In this document: in pieces, positions 21,275 to 29,539 of the stretch
Numbering within the stretch: position 1 is the stretch's first letter
Layout of the letters: each line of letters begins with the position of its first letter
IMG/VR virus record: IMGVR_UViG_3300009506_000019
Coordinates: 102,062 to 166,061 of that record
Length of the DNA: 64,000 nt
Reading direction: 5' to 3' (one strand)
DNA from: a virus
The notes under the pieces: model-generated
Databases searched by the model: none
Seen by the model: the letters and a program-made list of their open reading frames with translations, nothing else
What the model was told of the DNA's origin: nothing
Program-made: the position numbers and the translations under genes

Positions 21275-21832
21275 CCTCCTCGTGAATTGTAGAGATGCTC
21301 TGGCTTTAATGATACGATCATCGTTGGCGGCAATGGTGATTCCCCAATCGGTAAACCAGACACCAACATAAATGTAGGCTCTGATTACGCCGAACGGATC
21401 TCTCCAAACCTCCCTTACATTGAATGGTCTGGTTTGACGTACTAAACTGACCAAATCATTCCCATCCACACTACCAGTTTCTTCTGGCGATGTACTACTA
21501 CCAATCACTGGCACACCAAAAGCTTCTCCCATGTGTGCCGTGTACATCTCATACCTGTCCACAGAAATTCTGTTGGTATTTTGAATTTGAGGAACCTGCT
21601 CAATAGGCTCACCAGTGCTGTTGGCCTGAACTTCAAAAAGTTGTTCGACGACTCTTGCCATGGATGGGGACCATGATTGAATTCGAGCAACTTTTATTCC
21701 CTGATCTGTTCTTATTGTGATGGAATGAGATGACGCTGTTTGCGTCATCGGCGGATTCGGAGCATAGCCACCAGTGTCTTGACTAGTTAGCCAATCACTT
21801 GCGTCCTTTATGAAAGTCTCAAATCCACCCAT
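21260..21832 (-). CDS. Tail tube paralogue 3
   Basis: SSHSITIR...IQSWSP...ISVDRYEMY...NDDRII; homologous to the two upstream tube genes. Confidence 0.75.
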   Translation of the reverse strand: MGGFETFIKDASDWLTSQDTGGYAPNPPMTQTASSHSITIRTDQGIKVARIQSWSPSMARVVEQLFEVQANSTGEPIEQVPQIQNTNRISVDRYEMYTAHMGEAFGVPVIGSSTSPEETGSVDGNDLVSLVRQTRPFNVREVWRDPFGVIRAYIYVGVWFTDWGITIAANDDRIIKARASLQFTRRLRLA

Positions 21833-21834
21833 AA

Positions 21835-22419
21835 CTAAGTCAGTCTCAAACTAAAATCTAAGTTGACAGTATCACCAGCCAGACCAGTAACTTTCACCTT
21901 TTTGGTGTAGATGAGTGTGGCATTGACATTGACAATACGATTATCGTCGGCTCGTAATGTCCGGCCAAGATTAGAAAACCAACACCCACTATAAAGGAAT
22001 CGTTCTTCCTCAGTGAATGGGCTGTTGGTCCTGACAAACATTGGCCCTTCACGACCAGTAAGATTCTGAAAAATTCCAGGACCAGGAATGAATGTTGACT
22101 CCCCAGGAAGCTTCCAAACCTCCATCACATCAAAAGGCTGATTCTGCCTTGTGAGCATGGTAAGATCTGGTGTGTTGAAGGCTTGTTCCATCCTTCTGCT
22201 ATATGTATCAAAACGACTGATTGCTATTTGCAATCCAGTCATGTTCCCAGGCATATTTTCAACTGGATTGCCGGAATCATCAACACTAACTTCAAATATG
22301 GGTGTGACTGTCCTAGCTTGCGCAGGATTCCAACCGTTGATGAGCCCTACTGTGATTCCGTTAGCTTTTATGGTAAGGGCGTGGGAGGTGCGTACTCTCG
22401 TGATGGGTATACTGGCCAT
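21835..22419 (-). CDS. Tail tube paralogue 2
   Basis: RTSHALTIKANG...GLINGWNP...YSGCWFSNLGRTLRADDNRIVNVNATL. Confidence 0.8.
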   Translation of the reverse strand: MASIPITRVRTSHALTIKANGITVGLINGWNPAQARTVTPIFEVSVDDSGNPVENMPGNMTGLQIAISRFDTYSRRMEQAFNTPDLTMLTRQNQPFDVMEVWKLPGESTFIPGPGIFQNLTGREGPMFVRTNSPFTEEERFLYSGCWFSNLGRTLRADDNRIVNVNATLIYTKKVKVTGLAGDTVNLDFSLRLT

Positions 22420-22440
22420 GCACCATCCCTCAAACCCTTG

Positions 22441-22914
22441 TTAGGAAGCTTGCACCAATACGCGTTTCACGTACTCCAGTGTGGCATTGACGTTGACAAT
22501 TCGGTCACCATCAGACCGATAGTTGCGGCCGATGTTCGAGAACCAGCAGCCTTCGTACCGGATGACCTCTGTTCCTCCCCCAACAGCAGCACTGTCTGGG
22601 AAGATCCATCGTTCGATGACATCGAATGGTGCGTCTTGCAAAGACAACATCATGAGATCTGGTGTTCCAAACGCTGTCTCCATACGACCCTTGTACAGGT
22701 CGTACCGCTGGATAGCGATGGTTTGTCCCGTAACGTTGCCTGGCACCTTCTCGAGCGGATCGCCACTGGTCCGTGTCTTGATTTCATAGATTGGAGTGAT
22801 TGTCCGACTGATGGTCGGGTTCCATCCATTGATCAAGCCAATTGACTGCGAATTCGCCCTAATAGTCAGCGAATGTGAGGTGCGGACTAATGTTTGCGGC
22901 GGGTTTGTTGGCAT
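22441..22914 (-). CDS. Major tail tube protein
   Basis: Directly after the sheath, GGAGGAGG RBS, YEGCWFSNIGRNY motif, GC3-biased codons. Confidence 0.85.
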   Translation of the reverse strand: MPTNPPQTLVRTSHSLTIRANSQSIGLINGWNPTISRTITPIYEIKTRTSGDPLEKVPGNVTGQTIAIQRYDLYKGRMETAFGTPDLMMLSLQDAPFDVIERWIFPDSAAVGGGTEVIRYEGCWFSNIGRNYRSDGDRIVNVNATLEYVKRVLVQAS

Positions 22915-22943
22915 TTATCGCCTCCTCCAACTCACATCCAATC

Positions 22944-25403
22944 CTAGAAGAACGGGTTATCCACAGAGAACTCACCAAAGAATCGCAGCGCTGGGTAGCG
23001 CAGGAAGAAGAAGTACCGGAAGAAGAACTTGGTCGGATCGACCTTGCTCTGTTCTGCCTGGATGTCCTTCGACAGATCGATGTCTCGTGAGACCCCGTTG
23101 GCATCTCTGAATGGACCAATAGCACCGCTCTCAATCAAAGATGTGAGAACCGATGCAACAATCACCTTGATATCGAAAATGAAATCCGCGAGGTCGTCTG
23201 GAACGATACCGCGCAGATTCCGATCGATGGCCTTGTCCACTGCTCTCGTCACATTGTCTTTCTGTGACGACAGCGAGCGGTACATGAATTGCGGAAGCTT
23301 CCCGCCACCGTTCTCGGTGGAAACCGGGTCCAGAAGCTCGAGCCGACCACCCTTGTTGGTAACGACGCAGGTTCCATTGGACGCGAGCTGCGCACGTTCT
23401 GCCTTCAGGTAAGTCGGAAAGGTATCAACATCGAAACCGATGATCGTTTTTCCAGCCAACGAAATGGCTGGCGATGTGAAACTGGTATGCTTGGCTGCGA
23501 TGGCCACCCCCAACGCGTTGGAATCCAACGTGAGGGTTGTGGTTGTACCGTCTTCGTTGGTGATTTGACGTTGCACACCAGTTGGAGCCACCAAGAACAA
23601 ACGACCACGAGCTGGGCTGTCTGGACTCACCTGTAGAGTAACCGCAGCACGGTACACGAAAGTGTCAGGTGTGTCCTTATCGCCAACTTCTGTTCCGACT
23701 GGCATTCCAAACCAACCAGACCGGTAGTTCTTCTCCGTAACAGAGCTTTGATTCTCAACGTGAGTAAGAAGGTTGACCTGACTATTCAGTCGGGTATCAT
23801 CCATCACTACGTCTGTGATCAACGATGATTGCTCCAGACCATCGATGCCGTCTTTCATCTCGTTGACGGTCGGGAATCCGGGAGTGTTCAGATCGTTCAC
23901 CTGACATGTGATGAGTGAAGGAGCATCGTTGTCGAACGCAATCTGACCGAGCATCGACAAACGATTCTCTGCTGAAACTGGAGTCAGATCCTGAATCATC
24001 GAATCTTCTGAGAAGAATCGCTTCGGGACATCGTACTCATCAGACGGCCGGTCGTACTCATAGGTGGCAAAATAGTACGTGCCAACCATTGGTCTTTGAC
24101 CAGTGCCCATCAACACATATGTCAATTGAGTTGTGGCCAAACCAAAGATGATCGTGGTTGCATCATTCGCTGCCGGTTCAGCGATTTCCACAGAAGAAAT
24201 CCGGCCCTGTGATGGACTGGTCAACGCCACCTTTCCACCAACATCAGTGGCCACAGCCCGATATCTCGGACCATAGCCAGCCATAGTAGAAAGAACGGCA
24301 TTGATGTTGTTTGCAATTTCTGCAGCCGTAGCTGCAGCTGGCACGGCTGGATCAGCATAGCCTGGAGGCGGAGAGGCAAGACCATTCAGGTCGATATTCA
24401 CCGCTGCCTTGCCATCGAATGCCAGTCTCAAACTGTCATTGGTTGACAGATCAAAGGTCTCTGTGATCGCGCCAGTGAATGTTGCGGCAGAGTCAGGAGA
24501 CCAATCGATGTTTCCTGATGCCAACAAATAATCCACTGGCTCTGTGAAGCTTCGGACACCGGCAAAATAGCCAACACGTACGATGGATGTTGCTGTATTT
24601 TCAAAACTGTCGATGTCAGTGTCCAAAGCCACGTAGTCCACTTCGTACGAAGCATTGCTATCGTAGAAGGCGTCATCGACTTCGAGGATGGTTACCGCAC
24701 GTGCGGGAATGGTGAAACCAAGAGCAGCTGTTGCATCATTTGCAAATGGCTCGAGGATTTGAATATCAGACACTGGAGTTGAAAGCGGACTATCGAGTTG
24801 GATTCCAGTGGTTCCGTTGGAAGCAACCGTCGCATAGGCAGCACCATACCCAAGGGAAGACGCCGCAGCGAGACCAGCATTGATGCCAGCCGCAACTTCA
24901 TCAATCGTAGCTGCAGCACCAGCAGTGGTCAATGGTGTGGTGACTTCGATCAAAGACCCGGTGATTGTGACGGCAGTAGCGCCATCGGTGAAGGTCATGG
25001 TGACTTCTTGACCACCATCAAGCTTCAATCCGATTGCGTTGTTGGTTGTGAGATCGAATGGCCCAGCATCAGAACCGAGAAGGCTTGCTGCAAGATAGCT
25101 GACAGCACTATCTGGAAGATTGATGACCTGACCGTTCAGGGTTCTGCGAACGGTGGTGTTCGAGATTCTGCGATCACCAAAATTCACAAGCGTTGCTTCG
25201 TGGGGAATCGTTCCTGCCAGGGTGAGAGCTTCTTCGCTCACCTTGCCACGCTGCACGCTCTCATTGATGGATCGCTTCTTTCGATTTCCAGTCGCCACGA
25301 TGGAAAGAATGTCTGGTACGGTGGCAACTGAGATACCGGCAGGTACAATCACTTCACCAATGAGAACGCCGGGATCTGTATAACCTGAGACATTAAGGGC
25401 CAT
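22944..25403 (-). CDS. Tail sheath protein
   Basis: YTDPGVLIGEV N-terminus; IAFDNDAP; C-terminal DPTKFFFRYFFFLRYPALR; 819 aa. Confidence 0.9.
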   Translation of the reverse strand: MALNVSGYTDPGVLIGEVIVPAGISVATVPDILSIVATGNRKKRSINESVQRGKVSEEALTLAGTIPHEATLVNFGDRRISNTTVRRTLNGQVINLPDSAVSYLAASLLGSDAGPFDLTTNNAIGLKLDGGQEVTMTFTDGATAVTITGSLIEVTTPLTTAGAAATIDEVAAGINAGLAAASSLGYGAAYATVASNGTTGIQLDSPLSTPVSDIQILEPFANDATAALGFTIPARAVTILEVDDAFYDSNASYEVDYVALDTDIDSFENTATSIVRVGYFAGVRSFTEPVDYLLASGNIDWSPDSAATFTGAITETFDLSTNDSLRLAFDGKAAVNIDLNGLASPPPGYADPAVPAAATAAEIANNINAVLSTMAGYGPRYRAVATDVGGKVALTSPSQGRISSVEIAEPAANDATTIIFGLATTQLTYVLMGTGQRPMVGTYYFATYEYDRPSDEYDVPKRFFSEDSMIQDLTPVSAENRLSMLGQIAFDNDAPSLITCQVNDLNTPGFPTVNEMKDGIDGLEQSSLITDVVMDDTRLNSQVNLLTHVENQSSVTEKNYRSGWFGMPVGTEVGDKDTPDTFVYRAAVTLQVSPDSPARGRLFLVAPTGVQRQITNEDGTTTTLTLDSNALGVAIAAKHTSFTSPAISLAGKTIIGFDVDTFPTYLKAERAQLASNGTCVVTNKGGRLELLDPVSTENGGGKLPQFMYRSLSSQKDNVTRAVDKAIDRNLRGIVPDDLADFIFDIKVIVASVLTSLIESGAIGPFRDANGVSRDIDLSKDIQAEQSKVDPTKFFFRYFFFLRYPALRFFGEFSVDNPFF

Positions 25404-25418
25404 TTTAGCTGCCTCCGA

Positions 25419-26900
25419 CTAATTCTTCTCTGGTATGGTACCGTCGTACTGAACACCGTCTGCGTCAAGATAGAATGGAGTACCCCCGCTGGACACAACG
25501 GCTCTGTCGGTGTACCAAAGAGTTGTTACTGGAACGTTCAAGCGGTTCACGTAGAGCTTATCCCTTTCATCTCCACCTGGCCGAGGTACTTCACTTTCTC
25601 CTGCCATAGACGGATCCGGTTTAATAATCACCTGATACGTCTCGTTGGGAATACTAGGGTCGAAAATAGTTCTACCCAAGAACATATAATCTCTTTCATC
25701 CATATAGAACGTGAAAAATGACCAGACGAGATCCGCCAACTCTGTTCTTATGTTTTCATCCTCGGACACTACCTCTATAGCTATGTCCAAAGACATAGCT
25801 TGATGATATCTATTGAACGGGGTAGTAGCTGAATATTCTGATTTTTGTCCGGGGGAGAATCCTAGGGCAGCTGCGGCTGTACCAGGATCGCTCTCTTCAT
25901 CACCTATTTCAATGTCACCGCTCACACTGTTGCCCTGAGGTCCGGATACCGGACCACCATATGCAAGATTAATTCTGCCACCCTCACCAACAGACGCCCT
26001 TGCATACAGAGCCTGGAAATTGATCTCATCTACTACTTCTTGAGCAGTAGCTGCAGCGATATTTGAGAAGCGATGATCTCTGAAGAGCACTACAGAAGTG
26101 AGCCTCTCTTTTTGAGGTGTAATGGTTTGATAGATAAGTGTCTGGTTATCTTCCAAATTGAATGGCTCAATTTGAGAACCTTGTACAAAGGTTCTTGCGG
26201 AAACAGGTGCGACAAACTGACCACCGATGCCCATAGGCAGATTTCTACCTGTGGCGGCGAGCACTGCCACCAACGGCAAATTTTCATTTATGTCAGGCAT
26301 CTTTCGAATGATTTTTACTGCTGTCTCATATGAGCTTTCACTTCTCTTGAAAGAGAAATCGAATTTTTTGATGGTTGGTATTTCACGCAATCTACTATTG
26401 GTGATGCGATTTCTATCAAAGAACTTCTTCAGCTCTGTTACAAACGCATCCTTGGTGGTTTCGATGATTTGGCCAAAACGAGGAGGATCGGTACCGTCAT
26501 CTGGAATTGTGGGTTCTGGTCGTTTCTCCAGGTTGTCCACAATGAGTGAAGTAGATGCCACAGATGCAGGCGGCGAGACCAACGAAAAACTGTATCGTTG
26601 GGTCCTCGTACCAGCAGTCATACCAGCTATTGCGGTCCATGTCCACTCATCGTAGTAAGTACCTTGTGTCAGAGATAGAGGAGGCGTCCATTCAGCTTCA
26701 TATACGCCAGTGGAAACCTGAGTTGGTATAAGCACAGCCACAGGAGTGCCACCAGTCGGCACCGAATAAACGATAACACTCAGAATCTGATATGGATTAA
26801 ATAATTGAATGGAAGATGGGTTGATTCCACTTTCCGTAAACTCAATCCGAAGACGGACTGTCTGTCCTATGGTTCCGCCTCTAGACACTTCTTGGCTCAC
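25419..26900 (-). CDS. Tail completion/terminator protein with N-terminal Ig-like domain and an inserted sheath-type domain
   Basis: LPLVAV...SLDIAIEVVSEDENIRTELADLV motif; directly upstream of the sheath. Confidence 0.65.
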   Translation of the reverse strand: MSQEVSRGGTIGQTVRLRIEFTESGINPSSIQLFNPYQILSVIVYSVPTGGTPVAVLIPTQVSTGVYEAEWTPPLSLTQGTYYDEWTWTAIAGMTAGTRTQRYSFSLVSPPASVASTSLIVDNLEKRPEPTIPDDGTDPPRFGQIIETTKDAFVTELKKFFDRNRITNSRLREIPTIKKFDFSFKRSESSYETAVKIIRKMPDINENLPLVAVLAATGRNLPMGIGGQFVAPVSARTFVQGSQIEPFNLEDNQTLIYQTITPQKERLTSVVLFRDHRFSNIAAATAQEVVDEINFQALYARASVGEGGRINLAYGGPVSGPQGNSVSGDIEIGDEESDPGTAAAALGFSPGQKSEYSATTPFNRYHQAMSLDIAIEVVSEDENIRTELADLVWSFFTFYMDERDYMFLGRTIFDPSIPNETYQVIIKPDPSMAGESEVPRPGGDERDKLYVNRLNVPVTTLWYTDRAVVSSGGTPFYLDADGVQYDGTIPEKN

Positions 26901-27273
26901 TTTCGTAAATCTTCACATCGGACACAGCAGCAGGAACATCATTTACGATTGGATGTTCACCACCCCCATTTACTGCAATATCATTTCCAGCATCGGTCAA
27001 ATCCGAAGTAAAGAAGTAATGAATAAACCCACCTATTTTACCTGCTGTCGCAGCTGCGACAAGAATATATCCCCACAATCCACCAGCCAAGTGGGTTGAA
27101 GATATGGCGGTAGCGGTGCTAACCCATGCCGACCCGTTCCAATATTTGCCATTGTCTGTGTCTTGAGACTCCAAACGAATGACGATATTGAGAGATCCAC
27201 TGTCAACAGGATTGCCTGTAGTCTTATGATGAACTCTTGCTGATAAAAGTTTTGGTTGATTTGCATAAATCAT
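26881..27273 (-). CDS. Small Ig-like virion protein
   Basis: TTGNPV...KYWNGSAW...GLWGY; paralogous to 34358..34774. Confidence 0.5.
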   Translation of the reverse strand: MIYANQPKLLSARVHHKTTGNPVDSGSLNIVIRLESQDTDNGKYWNGSAWVSTATAISSTHLAGGLWGYILVAAATAGKIGGFIHYFFTSDLTDAGNDIAVNGGGEHPIVNDVPAAVSDVKIYESEPRSV

Positions 27274-27276
27274 AGC

Positions 27277-27957
27277 TTACCCCATCTTCTTCGGCAGAGC
27301 CGCTGCTAAAAATGCCTTGGACGATGGTGGTGCACCACCTTCGGCAAAGAATGTGGTCATGAAACCCAATGAGATATTTGCAGGACTTATCTGAAGTGTG
27401 GTATCATAATATGCAACCGCAGAAGCCACACGATTATAAAACCCCAATCTTCTAAATCCAGCTTGTAAAATTTGATTTACTTCAGTAAATCCATTGGTTG
27501 GATTTTCTTGTAATGAGCCACCAGTACAAGCTATAGTAGCTATGAGTAACTCACTTGGTTGAGAAATAGGAGAATCTGTGCTTACATGTACACTTGACGT
27601 GCCTGCCTGTGGACTACCAACCTGATCGATAATTGCTCCTGTTTGAACTAGGCCAGAATACTCAACCAAGATACCAGCCACATGTGCACTTCCATCCAAC
27701 ACTATGGTAGCAGTAATATCGGCACCTACCACATTTTGTGCCACCCACAAATCCAAAGAACTACCAAAAATAGTAACACCGTTAGCTTTTACCCATGTAG
27801 CGCCCGTTTGATTGATAGTTGTTACTTCAGCTCCCTCAGATCCAACAGCCATAAACAAGGCACTGCCATCTGTTGGGGCACTACCAAACGTCACATCCAA
27901 GCTGGTGTATGAATTGTCTGGTGACGCAGCCCAAGCGTCTTGTAGTCTAGTTACCAA
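27277..27957 (-). CDS. Jelly-roll-like virion protein
   Basis: VTFGSAPTDG...INQTGATW...VEYSGL, similar to the C-terminal domain of 4857..6944. Confidence 0.5.
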   Translation of the reverse strand: MVTRLQDAWAASPDNSYTSLDVTFGSAPTDGSALFMAVGSEGAEVTTINQTGATWVKANGVTIFGSSLDLWVAQNVVGADITATIVLDGSAHVAGILVEYSGLVQTGAIIDQVGSPQAGTSSVHVSTDSPISQPSELLIATIACTGGSLQENPTNGFTEVNQILQAGFRRLGFYNRVASAVAYYDTTLQISPANISLGFMTTFFAEGGAPPSSKAFLAAALPKKMG

Positions 27958-28354
27958 GTAGAACCTCCTCTACTACTTTACCAGCTTCTGGAGATCCTAA
28001 CCAGTCTTGAATTGCTGTATCGATTATCTTCTGCAAGGTTTCTGCAACATCGTCAGGAAGATCCTGTCCCCCATACCAATGTGCATAGTCGTCTTGAAAC
28101 TTGGCCTCGAGCCTAAGTGGATCCACATTTAGGACCTCCACTTTAAGACCACGAGTGATAGCTTTGATAGCTTCAGCATCTGAACGCTCTCCAACCATCG
28201 CAGCCAATTCAACAGATCTATTGAAACCTCGAAGTATGAATTCTTGTGCTGATTGAGCTAACTTCTTTGACAACTCTTCATAGATCAATCTTTTCTGATC
28301 TTGGCTGAATGCCGTTAGCGCTTTTCCGCTTATTGTTAGCTGCATACCAGGCAT
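27947..28354 (-). CDS. Neck-region hypothetical protein (possibly HK97 gp10-like)
   Basis: 135 aa, helical, between head closure and tail terminator. Confidence 0.4.
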   Translation of the reverse strand: MPGMQLTISGKALTAFSQDQKRLIYEELSKKLAQSAQEFILRGFNRSVELAAMVGERSDAEAIKAITRGLKVEVLNVDPLRLEAKFQDDYAHWYGGQDLPDDVAETLQKIIDTAIQDWLGSPEAGKVVEEVLLGN

Positions 28355-29277
28355 TAAAATACCAACGCATTGTATACTTCTTCGGGCTGTGTTCTTCTTG
28401 GCTCGAATGATTGTTGTGTGAAATACCCACTTTCTCCACCAAATTCTTCATTAAACATCAATTTTGTAGTTACAAATCTAATGCCAGCATTCAAGCCGGT
28501 CACACGTTCGTAGAAAGAGTTTTCTCGAATTCTTGCCAACTGTGTATTCGCTGGAATGTTTGAGCAAAAATAATTGAGTGGCAGCGTCCAGAAACGTTCA
28601 CCAACATTCTCAACACGACCACCATATTGCATCAAAGCTGGAATTTCAGTCACATTCGGCCTAAGAATCAAGATATATGGCTTTTCTTTGTTTGCGTGTC
28701 TAATACGAATAATCTCGAATGATGGACTACGATCTGCAATAGTTGCTCTACTCAAGGACACACGCAGATAAATACCACCCAAACCTATTGGTTTCTTTCC
28801 AGCATCGTTGATTTCTTCGATAGGATAGAAATCAATACCGTTCACAGAGAATGACACGGTGACCAAATTGGTCTCAAAGATGTTTGGTGCAACAACATCG
28901 AATTCCCAATCCAAACCAAGAGGATTTGAAAATTGAAGGCGAGCTGATGTAACTGAACCTGATAGTTGGTTGTCAGCTAGCTCGACTCGATGTGGTTTGA
29001 TGTCTGTTGTAAGAACAACATTTACCAGTGTGTTTCCTGGAGAGATGGAAGCAAAATATAATGTCTCATGAAGGAATTTGATGTATCCAGGAATTAGCTT
29101 GGTACCATAACAACTGCTGCACGTGATATCTGGTCTTTCTGTGGTGTCTTTGACACACGAGCATTCTAATGAGTTGGGTGTGTCTTCTGTAACTTGAGTC
29201 CACAGATATGCACTCTTCCCACGACTTCGCAGCTTGTCTGCAAGCAATGCCTCGATCTTCTCAGGTATTTGCCCCAA
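28354..29277 (-). CDS. Head closure/neck protein with Zn-finger
   Basis: CSC...CSSCYGT...GY motif typical of large-myovirus head-closure proteins; start uncertain (see findings). Confidence 0.65.
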   Translation of the reverse strand: MGQIPEKIEALLADKLRSRGKSAYLWTQVTEDTPNSLECSCVKDTTERPDITCSSCYGTKLIPGYIKFLHETLYFASISPGNTLVNVVLTTDIKPHRVELADNQLSGSVTSARLQFSNPLGLDWEFDVVAPNIFETNLVTVSFSVNGIDFYPIEEINDAGKKPIGLGGIYLRVSLSRATIADRSPSFEIIRIRHANKEKPYILILRPNVTEIPALMQYGGRVENVGERFWTLPLNYFCSNIPANTQLARIRENSFYERVTGLNAGIRFVTTKLMFNEEFGGESGYFTQQSFEPRRTQPEEVYNALVF

Positions 29278-29317
29278 TAACCAACAGCACTTGGGGCACC
29301 TGGGACCTTACAACTCA

Positions 29318-29539
29318 TCAGTTCAGTACCTTTGACCCACCACGCATGCTAACAGTCAAATAGCCAGCACCCAGAGCTGTGGCCACATCAGGAATCTTTC
29401 TGAACTCGAGAAGTGGCAATGTTGTTTCCACCATCTGTGATTTTCCTGGCAACACAGAGGTCGCAAGAGGGACCACATCGTAGCCAGTAAAATCAAGAGG
29501 CAGAGGGGTCGTATTCAAATTTCTCAGTAGTACCTTCAT
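29318..29539 (-). CDS. Small stand-alone putative capsid-attachment domain protein
   Basis: 73 aa, MKVLLRNL...VLPG...ALGAGYLTV; ATGA-coupled. Confidence 0.5.
   Translation of the reverse strand: MKVLLRNLNTTPLPLDFTGYDVVPLATSVLPGKSQMVETTLPLLEFRKIPDVATALGAGYLTVSMRGGSKVLN

Noticed and set aside
11010-25403. Extracellular contractile injection system or tailocin (multiple tubes, sheath, baseplate)
   Set aside because: Capsid, portal, protease and terminase are in the same operon, so this is a phage
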